Below, in pieces: positions 61,012-64,000 of a stretch of 64,000 nt of DNA (positions are counted from its first letter, which is position 1; each line of letters starts with the position of its first letter). Below the pieces are notes generated by a model. That model ran no database searches and was not told the origin of the DNA. It worked only from the letters and a program-made list of their open reading frames with translations. This DNA is from Polyangiaceae bacterium (GTDB lineage Bacteria > Myxococcota_A > Polyangia > Polyangiales > Polyangiaceae), in assembly GCA_035063585.1 (NCBI GenBank), contig JAPSGB010000005.1:128001-192000 (forward strand), in the 5' to 3' direction. A program made the translations under genes and the position numbers.

Positions 61012-62640
61012 TCAGACGCTGATCGCGTTCTTGCGGAACTCGCTCTTGGCGATCTTTACGTTCACGCAGGCGGGCGTCTTGCTGGCGAAGGCCGCGTCGA
61101 GGGCCGGGCCGAGCTGCTCGAGCGTCTCGACCCAGAAGCCCTGGCCGCCGAGCGCCTCGACGACCTTCTCGTAGCGGGTGTAGTCGAGGCCGGTCGCCAC
61201 CGCGCGATCCTCTCCGTACATGGTGACCTGCCCGCGCCGGATCTGCGTCCAGCCGGCGTCGTTGCCGATCACCGCCACGACCGGGATGCCCTGACGGGCC
61301 ATCGCCTCGAACTCCATGGCGTGCAGCCCGAACGAGCCGTCGCCGTACATGAGAACGGTGCGCGACTCGGGGCGCATCAGGCCGGCCGCCATGGCGTAGC
61401 CCGGGCCGATCCCGAGCGTCCCGAGCGGGCCGGGGTCCATCCAGAGCTGCGGCCACTCGAGCGGGATGACGTAGGCGGCGGTCGCGACGAAATCGCCGCC
61501 ATCGCCGATGACCACGTCGCTCTTGCCGAGCCGTTTCCCGACCTCGTGGCAGACGCGCAAGGGGTTTGGCGGGCTGCCACCGCTCTCGATCTCGGCGGCC
61601 ATCTTCTGGCGGTGCTTGCTCTCGATCTCGCGCAGCTTGGCGAGCCACGCGGGGGCCTGCTTGGTCCCGACCGCGTCGAGGAGCTGCTCGAGCACGAGCC
61701 CGCTGTCGCCATGGATGGCGACGTCCACCGCGCGATTCCGACCGAGCTCGGCTCCGTCGAGGTCGACCTGGACGATCTTCACGTCCGGGTTCCAGGTACC
61801 CGGGCGACCGTAGTCCACGCGGAAGTCGAACGGGGTCCCGAACACGAAGATGACGTCGCTCTCGCCGAGCGCTTGACGGCGCGAGCGCGTGAAGAGCGAC
61901 GGGTGCGCGTAGGGAAGCCCTCCGCGCGCCATGCCGTTCAAGAAGAACGGTACCTCGACCTTGTCGGCGAAGTTTCGAATGATCTCCCGGCGCTCGCTCC
62001 AACGAATCTGCGCGCCGATGAGGAAGCTCGGGCGCTCCGCCTTTTTCAGGAGATCGGCGGCGCGGGCGATGCTCGCCGGATCGCCGGCCGGGCGCGGCGG
62101 AGCGAGGGGCGCCGTGAGCGGCTCGTCGTCGTCCGCGTAGTTCATCAAGAGGTCGAGCGGCATCTCGAGGTAGACCGGACCGGGGACCCCCGACTGCGCT
62201 ATCCGGAACGCGGCGTCGATGTACTCCTTGATCCGGCGCGCCTCGGGGACCTGCACGCTCCATTTCGAGATGGGGCGCATCAAGGTGACCGAGTCCATGT
62301 CCTGCAAGGAGCCCATGTCACAGAGCGCCTTCGGCCCTGCGCCGCCGATGCAGATCATCGGCACGCCGGCGCGCTGAGCGTTGGCGACCGCGGTGACCAC
62401 GTCGGTGATCCCGGGGCCGGCGGTGACCAGGCATACGCCGGGCCGCCCGGTGACGCGCGCGTACCCGTCGGCCGCGTGGCCGCTGGTCTGCTCGTGGCGC
62501 GTGTCGACGACCCGAATCTGCTCGTCGAGGCAGCCGTCGTAGATCGCCTGGATGTGGCCGCCGCACAGGGTGAAGACGTGCGTGATGCCGTGCCGCCGGA
62601 GCGCCTGGGCGACGAGGCGCCCGCCATGGACCTGAGTCAT
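61012..62640 (-). CDS. Thiamine-diphosphate-dependent enzyme (acetolactate synthase-like / 2-hydroxyacyl-CoA lyase-like)
   Basis: TLCGGH, RHEQ, TAGPG, GPVYLE, GDGSFG…GND. Start at ATG 62640. Confidence 0.9.
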   Translation of the reverse strand: MTQVHGGRLVAQALRRHGITHVFTLCGGHIQAIYDGCLDEQIRVVDTRHEQTSGHAADGYARVTGRPGVCLVTAGPGITDVVTAVANAQRAGVPMICIGGAGPKALCDMGSLQDMDSVTLMRPISKWSVQVPEARRIKEYIDAAFRIAQSGVPGPVYLEMPLDLLMNYADDDEPLTAPLAPPRPAGDPASIARAADLLKKAERPSFLIGAQIRWSERREIIRNFADKVEVPFFLNGMARGGLPYAHPSLFTRSRRQALGESDVIFVFGTPFDFRVDYGRPGTWNPDVKIVQVDLDGAELGRNRAVDVAIHGDSGLVLEQLLDAVGTKQAPAWLAKLREIESKHRQKMAAEIESGGSPPNPLRVCHEVGKRLGKSDVVIGDGGDFVATAAYVIPLEWPQLWMDPGPLGTLGIGPGYAMAAGLMRPESRTVLMYGDGSFGLHAMEFEAMARQGIPVVAVIGNDAGWTQIRRGQVTMYGEDRAVATGLDYTRYEKVVEALGGQGFWVETLEQLGPALDAAFASKTPACVNVKIAKSEFRKNAISV

Positions 62641-62681
62641 GGCGCGCACTATACGGCGGAGCGAGCCGCCGCTCAACGCCG

Positions 62682-63812
62682 CTACTTGCGGCGCGCGCGG
62701 TAGAGGCGGAGCTGGTTCGCGCCGTCTCGGTTCGAGCTGAAGTAGAGCGAGCAGAGGTCCGGTGACAGGCTCGGCTGCACGTCGTACACGTTCTGCAGGT
62801 TGATGTTCAGCCGCCGTCCGAAGCCGGTCGCTTGCCCGTGCTCGTCGAGGCCAACCGCGTAGAGGTCCTGGGTCGAGCCCTTGCTCGAGCAGTCGCCGTA
62901 GTACTCGGCGGACGTGAAGAGCAGGAGCCTGCCGTCCGGGGTCACCCAGGGCGCGGCGTCGAGCCCGGCGCTCGGGCAGCTCGCCGGCTCGGTCACGAGG
63001 TTCACTTGCGCGGCCGTCGCGGGCGAGGTCGGGCCCACGCTGGCGGTGAAGAGGTCCAAGTTGAGAGCGCCCTTCCGGCTCGAAATCCACCAGGCCCTCG
63101 CCGCGAGCGGCGCGAAGGCGAAGCCGAAATTGTTGGTGTCCACGACGTTGATGGGCGCGCCGAGCGGAGCGACGCTGGTGACCTGTCCGGCGGCGTTCAG
63201 CACACCGCCGACGAGCTCGCGGTTGAGGCTGCCGCTGCGGGTACCGCGGTCCCAGAAGACGTTGATCCCCGCGAGCATTCCCTCAGAGGCAGCGCGCGTC
63301 GAGAGCGGCCCGCTCTCCGGGACCCCCTCCGTGTCCAACGGGGCGGGCATCGCGTGCCCCGCGCTCGTCGTGGGGTCGGGCGTAAACCAGATCGCGGTTT
63401 CATTGCCGACCCAGTTGCCGACCGTGTAGAGGAGCCCTCGCTCGCCGGCGGCGCGCGGGTACCTGAGGTAGCTGCCCTGGTGCTTGGCGTTGATGACGTC
63501 GAACGGCTCGGGGGGGTCGAACTCGAAGCGGGAGAGCTCGCCGCAGAGATGACACTGGCGATCCTCACCGCAGTACTCGCCGTCGCGGCACGGCTGGCCC
63601 TCGCACGACGCGCCTCCGCCGTCGATGCCAGCGCTCCCACCCGTGCCCGCAGCGCCGGCGTCGCCGCCGCCGGCGCCCGCCGTGTTCGCGCTACCGGCCG
63701 CGCCCCCCGCCGGCTCGTCTACCGTGAAGTCATCACCGCCGCAGCTCGCGACGAGCGCGCCCGCCAGGAACGCCATGAGCGCGAGGACGCGCGGTCGGGC
63801 CGAGCTCGACAT
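62682..63812 (-). CDS. Lipoprotein with TolB/PD40-like beta-propeller repeats
   Basis: Lipobox VASC, Gly/Ala linker, small Cys knot, PWVTPDGRLLLFTS, PSLSPDLCSLYFSSNR. Confidence 0.8.
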   Translation of the reverse strand: MSSSARPRVLALMAFLAGALVASCGGDDFTVDEPAGGAAGSANTAGAGGGDAGAAGTGGSAGIDGGGASCEGQPCRDGEYCGEDRQCHLCGELSRFEFDPPEPFDVINAKHQGSYLRYPRAAGERGLLYTVGNWVGNETAIWFTPDPTTSAGHAMPAPLDTEGVPESGPLSTRAASEGMLAGINVFWDRGTRSGSLNRELVGGVLNAAGQVTSVAPLGAPINVVDTNNFGFAFAPLAARAWWISSRKGALNLDLFTASVGPTSPATAAQVNLVTEPASCPSAGLDAAPWVTPDGRLLLFTSAEYYGDCSSKGSTQDLYAVGLDEHGQATGFGRRLNINLQNVYDVQPSLSPDLCSLYFSSNRDGANQLRLYRARRK

Positions 63813-63843
63813 AAGCTCTGCGGATCCTACCCGCGAACGCGCC

Positions 63844-64000
63844 TCAATGCACGTCGCCCGTAAGCCACGCGAAGCCCGGCACCAGCACCTCGTCGGGCGT
63901 CGCGCCGCCTTGACGCGCGGCGGCGGTGCCGCCGTCGAGGGGGTCGAGCACGAAGCCGTGGTCGCCGAAGACCATGACCAAAGTGCGGGGCGGTAGGCCG
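63844..64000 (-). CDS. C-terminus of a PglZ-like (alkaline phosphatase superfamily) protein, truncated by window edge
   Basis: Not in the ORF track. My translation: GLPPRTLVMVFGDHGFVLDPLDGGTAAARQGGATPDEVLVPGFAWLTGDVH*. Confidence 0.65.
   Translation of the reverse strand, partial: GLPPRTLVMVFGDHGFVLDPLDGGTAAARQGGATPDEVLVPGFAWLTGDVH

Noticed and set aside
63844..64000. BREX defence system
   Set aside because: Only a 51-codon fragment is visible and no other BREX genes are in the window.

Overview
A very GC-rich window of chromosome, probably from a myxobacterium (Polyangiaceae-like). That placement is inferred from the TIGR04563-type small protein, Cys-rich repeat lipoproteins, FHA-GAF-sigma54 activator, membrane Ser/Thr kinase and tandem PilT paralogues. 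It holds about 55 tightly packed genes. Housekeeping and metabolic genes include glpA/glpB-like, acnA, recN, kbl-tdh, lepB, gpsA, a fused E1 alpha/beta 2-oxoacid dehydrogenase, a ThDP enzyme and a P-type ATPase. There is also a slyD-DUF1844-htrA-ECF sigma/anti-sigma block, several signalling genes and many lipoproteins. I found no tRNA/rRNA, transposase, integrase or cas gene. The most interesting observations are: (1) a cobalamin riboswitch in front of a lone beta-rich (propeller-like) lipoprotein with no btu genes nearby; (2) two divergent paralogous Cys-rich repeat lipoproteins sharing an in-frame 57/60-bp inverted repeat around a TPR-like gene; (3) a REC-GAF-PAS-PAS-HisKA protein lacking an ATPase domain, coupled to a complete kinase; (4) two PilT paralogues with complementary His-box losses; (5) a LeuD-LeuC fusion in small-subunit-first order; (6) a hairpin-containing 30-bp direct repeat duplicating the 3' end of recN. 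All calls come from motifs read by eye; no database searches were run.
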